Positions 23,862 to 34,543 of a stretch of 64,000 nt of DNA are shown here, in pieces (within the stretch, counting starts at the first letter, position 1; each line of letters starts with the position of its first letter). Source of the stretch: Lytechinus pictus (taxonomy: Eukaryota). A program made the translations under genes and the position numbers. The notes beneath the pieces were generated by a model that did no database searches, had not been told where the DNA came from, and saw only the letters and a list, made by a program, of their open reading frames with translations. The DNA lies in the NCBI RefSeq assembly GCF_037042905.1, contig NC_087251.1, forward strand, positions 49,105,358 to 49,169,357, in the 5' to 3' direction.

Positions 23862-26734
23862 CACGTACGTGCATAGCGCCAACTTAATGTGTTCCGCCAT
23901 CTTGCTTGTTGGTTGCCGATAAAATGCGCATTTTCAGATTTTTTAACGCTCAGTTATTACCCATGACTGAAACATTGACCAATCAAAAACTAAGATTCTA
24001 CAAGAAATATGAATATTCATATACGAAAGTATAAACATAGATAATTCAGTTTTATGTGAAATTTAAACCCAATACTTCAAAATATGGTTAGTTTTATGTC
24101 TCTAAAATAACCCTTAAAACCAGAATTTTATTACTAAAAAATAAAGGTTTTCCCAAGTTGCCATGGTAACGCGGTCTGAGATATAAAAGCTTAGCAAACA
24201 CTTCATTTCAGTGATCGAGGATGTATTTGTTTACGGTATACGTCTGCATAAATTATAACATTTTTTTCCAGACCATGGATGAACTTTCAAAAAGAGACAT
24301 TTTAGGCAATTTTTTACGATTTCCGGCAATTTTCTGACACAGGCACTTTGAAGAGGTAATTTTTACAGAATTAGAAGAAGACATCATGGATTTTCCTAAT
24401 ATCACGACGGATATGCAACTTACTTGTAAACAAATCAAACAAAGTCTATGATACATTTTCGATAATGCAAAAAGAGACATTCAAGTCTCTGATTGAGAGC
24501 CGCAGATTGAACATTCGCACGGCGCAATGGTAGCGTTTTCACCGAATTCGTCGGGGCGAAAACTCCAAGCGAGCCGTACCACTCACCAGTCCCGAACGCT
24601 GCGCTGTATGTTTGATGATTTATCTGGTGCCATTTCGTGCTTATAAATTTGTTTTTTCTACAATGCCACTATCTCATTAAAATTGTTTGTCATGATAACA
24701 TTGGAAATATTATCGTTTAATGGCCCAAAGGATCGACTGTAATAAAATATACTTTGAAATATTGTCAGAGAGTGATTAGTTAGGTGATGTTTATGGTCAG
24801 AATTTAGTCATGGCTTCGGTCGAACTTACGCGAACGCGGTCACTTGCTCACGGGGCGAGTCGGCCTGGCCCTTTGGTGGAAGGCCGTTAGGCAACGTGCA
24901 GTGCAGCTAGAGCAGAGTTGGGGAGTTATAGGTATAAAAATACTTTGAAATAAGTGATCTGCAAATATTTTTGTCTTATCCCTTTGGATTACTTAGATAA
25001 GAAATTCAAATTCTCAAAGTTTAAATCAAATTTTAGACAGTGACAACAAAGAGTGTATGGGGGGGGGGGTGGGTCTTGCATGCCCCCAATTCACGAACAA
25101 GAAAAAAAAGGAAAAGGTAAGAGAATCTTGCGAAATTGTTCAATTGGATTTTTGTAACCAAAAGTCAAAATTATGCTTATGTCGCTTGCTTGCAACTATA
25201 TATTTTATAAATTTTGCCTGATACGCCATATCGTAGTACCCTCAATTGTTTTCACTTGTTACGCCACTGACATGACTGATATAACATCTACTATTATGAT
25301 AACATTATTTGGTTGCGGGATCAAAGCATCAGCTATAGCTAAACATTTATACTTTATGCCTGTTCAACTTCCAATACAGGTTTAGGCCTGTATTTATGAG
25401 ATGTTAAGATCTATGGGTGCCTTTATTATTTTCATTTTCAATTAAAACAATTATTAATTATGTATTAATTTAGTATTAACCTCGATGATACATTTTATTG
25501 TGTTAAATCGTACAATTTCTGTTGTATTAAGCCCCTTATTAAGCCCTTTTAAAAACATGCTCAGTAGCAGACCCCCCCCCCCCATATATAAAGACAATAG
25601 AAGTGTATATAGAATTAATTGACCCCCCCCCTATTGAGGACAAAATGAAATAAAATACTCAAAATAATCGACCGCCCCCCCCCCCCCCTTTGACGAGGCA
25701 GCTGTCGGTGGCCTGATGTCTTCATTGACTTCTTTTTGCTTGTAAAAATAATATTAAAGAAATAGGGGCTACCGGTACTCTAAGTGTCCCCTATGAAAAT
25801 TGATTTGGATCTGCAAGTGCATGAGGCTGCGCCCCCTCCAACGTCATAGCTACCCCATATCTTTAGGTTCTAGCTCTCATATTTTTCAGCTCCCTGATTT
25901 TTTGGGAAAAAAAAACGAGGCGAAAGAAAAGAGTGAAATAAATGAAATACGATTAATCAAAATTTGAGTTGTTTGAAAGAATTATACTTATCAGAGAAAC
26001 TAAATTAAATTCTACAACCATGAAGAATAACAGCAATCTTGATAAATTTTTTTTTTTTCAAAATCAGAACCAATCAACCTTTTTCTGATTATTCTGTCAC
26101 TTTCCATATTTTGGAGAAAAAAATAAAAGTGTTCATCGACGCCCTGTACTGCATGATGAAACTGTATCCCCACTCGGCCCTCGTAACCCCCCCCCCTCCC
26201 CCCCCCCCCCCACAATGCCCCTTGCTCATTTCTCTTATCTCACCTTGACCTTAATTAATTAATCTTAACTATTTGGCGGTACAGTCAAACGTGACTGGTC
26301 GCCATCATAGTTTCATCCCCAACAAACAAGGAACAAACAATAACAATTCTGTTTTTCGACACAACATCATTCCTTTCAATACGCGTAAGGCTATACGTGG
26401 GCATGCACAAACAACGTGGGTTAACAAAAACTGACCCGCGTTTGGACTGAAATTGTGATTAAAATAAAAATGTTATAAATATGAAAAAAATATGTGTATA
26501 ATGAAGGAGATTTGATAAACGGAAAAACATCAATCGCTAATTCATAAAAATGCTGGAAAAGATTTGACAGAGGTTTTTAACAACGGTAATCAAGGGGAAT
26601 TAGTGTATGGGTGAATGGCGTTCAAGTTTTAGCCGAGCGTTAGCCGGTGAGGGCGCGGGCCAAATCTGCCTGAATCTGGCAATATGGCGTCGTCCATTAA
26701 GCTGACGTTAGCCAGCGGCGACTGCACGTACGTG
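23862..26734 (+). mobile_element. CAC...GTG DNA transposon with asymmetric RSS-like ends (Chapaev / Transib / RAG-like), non-autonomous
   Basis: 12-bp TIR CACGTACGTGCA. 4-bp TSD ACCA (23858-23861, 26735-26738), verified against the empty mirrored site at 19771-19790. A distal shared block is offset by 12 bp between the two ends. Confidence 0.82.
24275..24605 (+). pseudogene. Decayed ORF near left end of the CAC element, possibly a transposase first exon
   Basis: ACCATGG Kozak context. Reads MDELSKRDILGNFLRFPAIF*HRHFEEVIFTELEEDIMDF...KQIKQSL*YIFDNAK, then frameshifts and ends at a possible GTATGT donor. No diagnostic motif recognised. Confidence 0.35.
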
Positions 26735-27664
26735 ACCAACATTCATCCCCCTCCATCACCACCCTTCGGCTTGTTTAGCATCTGCATTCAAATATTTAGT
26801 GCATTGAGATGTGAGGACAAACAGAATATTTGTTCAAAAAGGGTCTGAATTCAAGAACTAAACCAATGCAAAATAATGCACTGCTATTGAGTTTTGCACT
26901 AGCGCTAGTCTATATATCAGACCAATCTAAACTCATAAATTTTGACATTTTCACCCATTTTTTCACTGTTCCTGCAGCCAGATTTTTTGGAGCATACCCC
27001 ATTTTTAATTCTCATACATAAACAAAGGTCTGGAGAAAAAATCATGCTTTTGTCCACCGTGTCCACATAATTCCGCTAACAGACCAGACTATATAGCCTA
27101 GGTACCGGTACGGTACCGTGCGCCGTTACGTGTGGAGATCCAGCTGGTAATCGAACTTCTTCTGAGTGTATTAAGTTAGTGTCTATTTACATGTGGCTAA
27201 TCATGAATCAGACAACTTATAACATTCGAGAGTGAATTAAAAAAAAACCCACTCTTATCAAACCATAGAATAAAATACATCAGAATAATTTGTTTTCTCA
27301 CCAGAGCAAGTTAATGCAAAATTCCAGGCGGGTTTTTTTTCTCGGGACTCAGACTGTTGACACGTTATTGCATCAGTCCTGCATGCATGCGGCGCATGCG
27401 GCCTGCGGTAGTGTTCACATATGGAATGCTGAATTATTTTTGTTCTTTTTCAAACGTAATTTCGAAATTTGAATGAAATATTAGATACAGAGAGATTTTT
27501 AATTTTGATGAATAATCGGGCATATAAATACTAAACAAATGATAAGAGCGCAGAGTGCGAGGTGATTTCTGTTTGTTGCTGATAGTTTAGATCTGAAAAT
27601 TCAATTTCAAATAATGCGACTTTTTGCGAGTCAATTTTGTTATTGCATTGACTTAAATACAAGA

Positions 27665-28982
27665 CAGGCGCGTAGCCAGGGGGCGGTCACCCCCCCCCCA
27701 AAAAAAAAAAACGCTCCCAAAAGAAAAGAAAAAAAGAGGAAAAGGAGAAAAAGAAAAAGCGAAAGGAGAAAAGTGAATAAAGGTATAGCTCTTGTTGTTT
27801 TTTCCTTCTTTTTGGTCAAAAGAATAACAACATAAACGAGACGTTCTTCTCTCTTCATGTTATAAATTTGCTTCCGCGCGGGAAAAATATCAAAATTGCC
27901 ATTCTCTTTTGTTTCCCCACATCTTTTTTCTACTCTATGTTTCCCCTTCCCGGCCGTGGGAATCGTATGTTCTTGCCAGAAATTATAAAGTATACATGGG
28001 TGTAAAAAGTATGAAAAGTATTTTTTTTTTATTATTGCATTGATACAAAATTTTGGCTCTTCTGTTCGGAGCGGGTAAACATTACCGTCACTCCCGAGTC
28101 CCCAAGTGCTTTTTCTTCCGCTTTTCAGCAAGTAATTTTTGGCAAAGTGTCTGCTCAAAGGGGGAGGAAATAAATTCGTGCCATGCTAGTTGCAATAGGT
28201 ATGTATGATATTTAACTTTATTCTATATCGCTGCACATCCATCTCCTGTCTTATTTTGCGTCATTGATTTGAAATTTTGAATATCGCTGAAGCTTCGTAA
28301 TATAAAAAAAGAGGCGCTTAATATGAGCGAAATTTTTTTTCTTCCAAAATGAATCACAGAGGTTTCAGCCGTGCTTCGCGAGCATGGGAAATGAAAAGTC
28401 CCTCCCGAGTCTAGCTTGCATCATCCCTTTCACATTTCTTCTTAATTGAGTTATATATATTCTAAGATATATCAAAATTAGAACAGGTTAAAGTTTCAGA
28501 TAAATTTCTAAAAATCAGAGCTTCAACGCCATTCGCGGACAGGAATAGGGCCTATTTTCTTCTGTATATACCAATTTTCTACTCTGTTTTGCGACTTGAG
28601 TTAACGAAATTTAATGTGGATATACTTTTTACACTCAGATCTGATGTGACCAAGATAGGAATAATTGTATTATTTTTTCTCTCTCTTTTTTTAAACGTTA
28701 TAAGCTTCCGCGCTTCGCGCGGAAAGAGAAATTATTTCAAATTCTCCAATCTTTTCCCATTTTTGGAGAGCTCATAATTCCTTTCGAAATTTTTTTTTTA
28801 AATCACAGCAAGTCAATATTCGAGTTGATAAGGGTACTAGAGACGCCTTCTTTTGATTTGAATTTGATGAGATATCAAAAAAGGGGGAAACTCACGCGCT
28901 CTGTAAGTGTTGGCACCAAAGGTTGGCACGCTTCGCGTGCACTTACCGCCCCCTCCAAAATTAAATCCTGGCTACGCGGTTG
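27665..28982 (+). mobile_element. hAT-type MITE, copy 1 of an inverted pair
   Basis: Ends CAGGCGCGTAGCCAGG / CCTGGCTACGCGGTTG. Body mirrors 29085-31238. TSD not recognisable. Confidence 0.7.
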
Positions 28983-29106
28983 AAACAGTTTAAAACCCAA
29001 GGTTAGCTTCAGCAAATTATCCAACAGGCAATGTGAGCACTATAAGCACGGAGCAAAAATTGCATTTTTACTTTAATGTCATTACAACCGCGCAGCCAGG
29101 ATTTAA

Positions 29107-29686
29107 AGGTCAAGTCCACCCCAGAAAAATGTTGATTTGAATAAATAGAGAAAAATCAAACTAGCATAACGCTGCAAGTTTCATCAAAATCGGATGTAAA
29201 ATAAGAAAGTTATGACATTTTAAAGTTTCGACAAAACAGTGATATGCACATTTCAGTGGTATGCAAATCAGACAGTCGATGATGTCCCCCACTCACTATT
29301 TCTTTTGTTTTTATATTCATTTTGTTTGAATTAGACAATATTTCATTTTTTACAGATTTGACAATAAGGATCAACTTGACTGAACCATATAGTATTGAAC
29401 AATGCTAATTCCACGTGCTCAAGGAGGAATTAATTGTTGTTTCACTTGACAATGAGGAGAAAGTTAGAATATTTCATATAATAAAATACCGAAATAGTGA
29501 GTGGATGATGTCATCAGGCTCCCCATTTGCATACCGGTATAACCGTTTTGTGAAATTAAGCGAAACTTTAAAATGTCATAACTTTCTTATTTTACATCCG
29601 ATTTTGATGAAGTTTTCAGTGTTATGATTGTTGGATTTTTCTATTTTCATTCAAATTATTATTTTTTGTTGAGGTGGACTTGTCCT
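29107..29686. mobile_element. Kolobok-type MITE
   Basis: TTAA TSD. TIR AGG(T/A)CAAGTCCACC. It interrupts the host exactly at the TTAA seen uninterrupted in copy 1. Confidence 0.83.
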
Positions 29687-30256
29687 TTAATTTTGGAGGG
29701 GGCGGTATAATGCACACAAAGCGTGCTTATATACTCAACGCTTATCCTATATCAACTCGAATTCAATTGACTTGTTTTTTTGTTTTTTTTACATCAAAAT
29801 GGGAAACGATTAAAGAATTTGAAATAATTCCTCTTACCGCGCGAAGCTCGGAAGCTAAAACGTTTTATAAAGATTAAGAACAGAAGTGGTTAGGACTACA
29901 TGCTTGGTCACAAATTTCTTTAACTCTCAAAATATGCAGGAAAGAAATATTCCTTCCCGCGAATGGCATTGAAGCTCTGAATTTTAGAGGTTTCTCTGAA
30001 ACTTTAACCTGCCCTTATATAAATCGATTACGTAGTAAAAAAGGAAATGTGAAAGGGATATTATGCAAGCTAGAAGAGGGACTTTTCCTTTCTCATGCAC
30101 GCGAATTTGAACGGAAACCTCTGTGATTTATTTTGGAAGACTAAAAATTGTGTAATTTCGCTCTTTATTAAGCGCTTCCTTTTGTATATACAGCGATATA
30201 GAATAAAGTTTCCCTGATCGTACATACTTTTGCGTATATTAAAAAAATATATATAT

Positions 30257-30429
30257 GCCGTGGCCGAGTGGTCTAAGGCGCCTGGCTATACATGAAAAAG
30301 TCCGGGGTTCGATCCCCGGCCGCGGCAGCTATGCCCGTGAGCAAGGCTTTCAATCTACAATGCTCTTTTATCCTGCTTTCAAATAAATGGAAATGCAATA
30401 TGCATTATTGATAACTAGGTGTGAACTTG

Positions 30430-30434
<5 letters not shown>
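30257..30434 (+). mobile_element. tRNA-derived SINE
   Basis: A box TGGCCGAGTGG (30261-30271) and B box GGTTCGATCCC (30306-30316). No proper anticodon arm. SINE-type body GCCCGTGAGCAAGGC, ending in (TA)n. Confidence 0.8.
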
Positions 30435-30469
<35 letters not shown>

Positions 30470-30471
<2 letters not shown>

Positions 30472-30825
30472 TAAAGATTCACGTATTGGCTTCTGTAGGT
30501 AACAAAATAATGCTGAAGATAATGCTTTCATTGCCAATAAAGTTTTTTATTGTTTCCTCAAATTTTCGACGGTCCTCCGTCTTCTTCAGGAGTTTAACAA
30601 TGTGTGGTATCAATCAGAGAGCGCATCCTCAGACAGATGTTGCTATGATGACTGGCTGAGGATGCGCACCCTTCACAGAAACAACTCATAGTAACGCTAT
30701 TTTGTAGTAATCACATTGTTACGTAACAGTAAAGAAAAAATATTGCGCAATAACCTTACTCGTTACGTAACAATAAGAAAATTAAGCGATGAGATGATAG
30801 AACGAAGATCAAATTCGTGTTGTGC
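30470..30825 (-). mobile_element. Penelope-like element terminal-repeat (pLTR) fragment between two (TA)n tracts
   Basis: Carries a minimal hammerhead followed by AATAAA on the minus strand, plus a 12-bp IR GCGCATCCTCAG (30621-30632 / 30656-30667). Flanked by (TA)n at 30434-30469 and 30826-30845. Confidence 0.65.
30551..30600 (-). ncRNA. Minimal type I hammerhead ribozyme (Penelope-type)
   Basis: Minus strand reads CUC-CUGAAGA-A-GACGG-AGGA-CCGUC-GAAA-AUUU-GAG: both conserved core boxes, a 5-bp stem II, a palindromic AAUU stem III and a CUC/GAG stem I. Confidence 0.72.
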
Positions 30826-31841
30826 TATATATATATATATATATAGCACAACACGAATTTACGATCCTTTAATTTGAGCAGATAATTTGCAAAAAATTGC
30901 TTGCTGAAAAGCGGAAGTAATAGCATTTGGGGACACAGTGACTGACAGCCGAAAGTTTGTGTCAATGCAATTAAAAAAAACAACTTTTCATACTTTTTAC
31001 ATTCATGTATTCTTTATAATTTCTGGCCAGAATATCGATATTTTTTCTCGCGCGGAGCGCGGAATCAAAACTTTGAATGAAGAGTGAAAAGAATTTCTCG
31101 TTTAGATTTTTATTATTTTGAAAAATTTTTTTTTTTGCTATACCATTTTCTCCCTTCGCTTTTTCTTTTTCTCCTTTACCCCTTATTGGGGGTGTTTTTG
31201 GGGGCGACCGCCCCACCACCTCCCTGGCTATGTGCCTGTGTCATTGCAGTCCTGTACGTGTCATTGACCTGAAGTTTTTCTATTTTCCGACTATGCTCCT
31301 CCAATTATTTCGATCACTTTCCTCTCGATCTTTTTTGCACCTTTCTTTTTCTTCTTCTTTTACAAATGCTATGGCACGAAAATTGTTGATATTCAGAAAT
31401 GAAAACCAAAAGTTTTAAGTATTTTTTGTAATCATAAAGAGGTCCAGGACCGTCGTATACGCCTACATTTCACCGCGGCGTAAGTGACCCCCCCCCCCCC
31501 CGGGGGATATCTCCCCCTGGCCCACTTGTCGGAGAGGGGGTGCATGCATTTTTGCAATATCTTCCTTCTAGTTGATTTGCATCATTGTGCTATTTCAACG
31601 TTTAAAAGAATTTATATTGTGATATGTGATGGCCTATAATTTATAATCATTATTTTGATAGCACTATAGTCCATCAAAATAACGATACCATTTTTTCAAT
31701 CTCATATTTAACAACTGAGCAAATGAGCTTTCATTCAACAAAATATGGACTTATTGGTTCTTTATAGATTTCTTTTCCTTTTCTTCTTGAGCTTAATTTA
31801 TTGATCATTTGTCTTTATCATCCCTCTGTATATCATATGGA

Positions 31842-32106
31842 GGGGTCGATTGCACGAAAGGATCTTTGCAAGAACTGTCTTTCGTGTCGCCCGTTTTTTT
31901 ATGATGCGCCAACATATTCACTGGTCCGTTAAAATCAACAAAATCTCAGTGTTTATAGAATGATGTAATATCTCATGAAATTGTATAAAAATTGATTGAA
32001 ATGCTAGCTATAACGATATTTACTCGTTTATCATAAATTTCAGAAATATCCCGCATACAGCGAAGATGGGCGACACGAAAGACGGTCCTTTCGTGCAATC
32101 GGCCCC
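31842..32106. mobile_element. Harbinger-type MITE
   Basis: TIR GGGG(T/C)CGATTGCACGAAAGGA plus a second IR TCTTTCGTGTCGCCC. TSD unclear. Confidence 0.7.
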
Positions 32107-32146
32107 ACATCATTTTAAACTTTCAAACTTTTTCAAGGCTCGCTCC

Positions 32147-32244
32147 CAGGGACCTGGGAACGATTTTTTCAGTTGGGGTGCTGAAATCTCTCCTCAGAGG
32201 TGGGGGGGGGGGGGGGGGCAGACACAATTGACTTTTCCATAATT

Positions 32245-32298
<54 letters not shown>

Positions 32299-34409
32299 GA
32301 CAGTCACTTCTTAGCTTTCTTCTTATAAAAGAACATAAATATATAATTAGATAATTCAAGCGCGAAGCGCGAGCTATTTTTTGTGGAAATTTCATGTATT
32401 TTGTCCTGAAAATTGAAAATTTTGAGCAATGTTTGTGGTCCAAGATGTGTATGTAACAAATAATAATTGTGAGCGCGATCAGCGCGAGCAGATATTTTTT
32501 ATATATGCTCTGGCCTGATCGAAAGGGACGTGTTATAAGGACTGCTTGCAGTTACCCATGAAGACGATACATATATCAACAATCAAATAATGCGAGCGCG
32601 AAGCGCGAGCTGAAAATTTGACATTCCGACGTAAATACTGGACATTCTAAGCACGTTTTTTAATTATGAACAGGATAGGTATATATACAATTGATGCGAG
32701 CGCGAAGCGCGAGCGGAAACAAAATTGAGATTTCAGACCAAAAAACGAGAGATTCTAAGTACTTTTCTAATCATGATGAGGATAGGTATAAAACTATTAT
32801 CGATGCGAGCGCAAAGCGCGAGCGGAAATAAAAATGAGATTTCAAACCTAAACACGAGACATCTTATGCACTTTTCTAATCATGAACAGGATAGGTATAT
32901 ACAATTGATGCGAGCGCAAAGCGCGAGCGGAAACAAAATTGAGATTTTGGACCTGAAAACGGGACATTCTATTCATGTTTTGTAAATCAAGAAAATGATG
33001 GGTAATTGGATATATTCTTAAATTAATAATGTGAGCGCGAAGCGCGAGCAGAAAATTTTGATATTCTGAACTGAAATTCCACACTGAATGTAAAATGGTT
33101 TGAACAGATAAAGAAAACTCAGACGAACATAAGAATACAGATTTGATCAAAATCAGACAAGGAATATCACAGTTATTGCATTTTAAAGATTAGCATTATT
33201 CCCCACTTGTTCTTTTGTATTTTATTATATAAAATTAGGTTTATTCAATATTTTCCTTTCAAGAACCAAAACAGTTGAATTGACAATTGATTTAGTCCAT
33301 TAGATATTCTTTGCTGCAACTTATGTCATTATAAGGGAGACATATCATTCATTCTGGTTTGAAAAAAAATGAAACAATTTTGATTCCACAAGGAACAGCT
33401 AGGATAGAGGGGATGTGACAGCATCAGCCCACCTATTGAATATTCATGACGACATCCATTTTCATAAAATATTGCTAAACTTTAGAATTAAATAACTTAA
33501 CTAATCGTTATCAGATTTTGATAAAATTTATTTATTTTGATAAAATGTATTTGATATAAATATTTTCAGCCCGGAGTACCCCCCCCCCCCCAATCAAGCT
33601 GCGTATCTGAATAAACATGCGTGTGCGTGTTTAGAGTTAGGCCTAGTATCTGGGCATTCTAAATACATTTTTCATTATAAAAATCAATAATGCGAGCGCG
33701 AAGCGCGAGCAGAAAATATTTGATATTACGATCTGAAAGAGGGTGAATTTAAACACTATTTCAAGTAATGTGTCGGAAAATTCTGAAGTGGGGGGGGGGG
33801 GTGTTCTTCAAAACGTCATTCATTTTCATTACATTTCTGTCATTTATCATACCTACCACTAGATTTCTAGGAGGTGCGCTGCCTATGGAAAATAACACAC
33901 GCAGCACCCCCAAATTTTGGGGGTGCTTCACCCCCAGCACCCCCGCTTCCCAGCCCGTAGGGCGAAAAAGACTGTGAAATTTGATTTCTATTGTCTGACT
34001 TGTAATTTTTGTATACAATACACGGGCGGTCGGGCGAGCGCTCACTTGATTCGACATAAAACCTGGAAGTTTCAAGTCCAACCACCCCATGTCCCTCCTT
34101 GCTATCGAAGAGTGTGTATGGTTATCACGTATTGCGCGCGACCACGTCTGTATCGGAGTGCTGCCCCGCGGCTGGAGCTGGATTGAGTCGCGTTATAGGA
34201 GGGATGTGATTGGAATATGTGAAAGACTATGTAAATGATTTGCGATTGTCGGATGTGATAATTATGTACATTATAACATATTTTAAAAAATACAGGGGGA
34301 ACCTGATTTCGTGGGGGTGCTGCCTCTGGAAAATAATACACGCAGCACCCCCAGGATAATTTCTGGGGGTGCTTCAGCACCCCCAGCACCCCCGCTTCTC
34401 AGGTCCCTG
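32147..34409. mobile_element. hAT-type non-autonomous element
   Basis: Perfect 8-bp TSD CTCGCTCC (32139-32146, 34410-34417). TIR CAGGGACCTG(G/A)GAA. Internal GCGAGCGCGAAGCGCGAGC repeats. Confidence 0.85.
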
Positions 34410-34543
34410 CTCGCTCCCCTCGCTCACGACGCTCCACATCCCTCCAATAATTACACACCCCTTTAGAGACGATTTTAGTCATCATTATATTGTCCAACTA
34501 TTGAAATTTGCTCGCTTGCTCGCATATTGATATTTTCTGTAAT

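Larger units (their letters stand above)
19413..27091. mobile_element. Large foldback non-autonomous DNA transposon, Academ-like termini
   Basis: TAG...CTA ends and 3-bp TSD TAT (19410-19412, 27092-27094). 19413-19780 mirrors 26735-27091, and 19780-20475 mirrors about 23160-23861. Homology continues inward to a centre near 21730. Confidence 0.8.
29085..31238 (-). mobile_element. hAT-type MITE, copy 2 (inverted), carrying nested Kolobok MITE, SINE and Penelope-type fragment
   Basis: TSD TGTCATTA / TGTCATTG (7/8). Ends CAACCGCGCAGCCAGG / CCTGGCTATGTGCCTG. Confidence 0.75.

Noticed and set aside
26267..26309. Internal AACTATT-27 bp-GCCATCATA resembling a ProtoRAG-type end
   Set aside because: No CAC terminus, no partner end and no TSD. 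Likely chance similarity to a common YY1-like motif.
23862..26734. Intact RAG1L/RAG2L or Chapaev transposase genes within the CAC element
   Set aside because: No long ORF and no recognisable zinc-finger, DDE or kelch motifs. The interior is mostly AT-rich DNA and MITE fragments.
27296..27400. Alternative non-coding WARS1 first exon (minus-strand CTG|gtgaga donor near 27302)
   Set aside because: Only a donor-like hexamer. It cannot be supported over the 17799 candidate without transcripts.
30257..30330. Functional tRNA gene (also 57150-57222)
   Set aside because: A and B boxes are present but the cloverleaf is broken, and SINE-like bodies follow.
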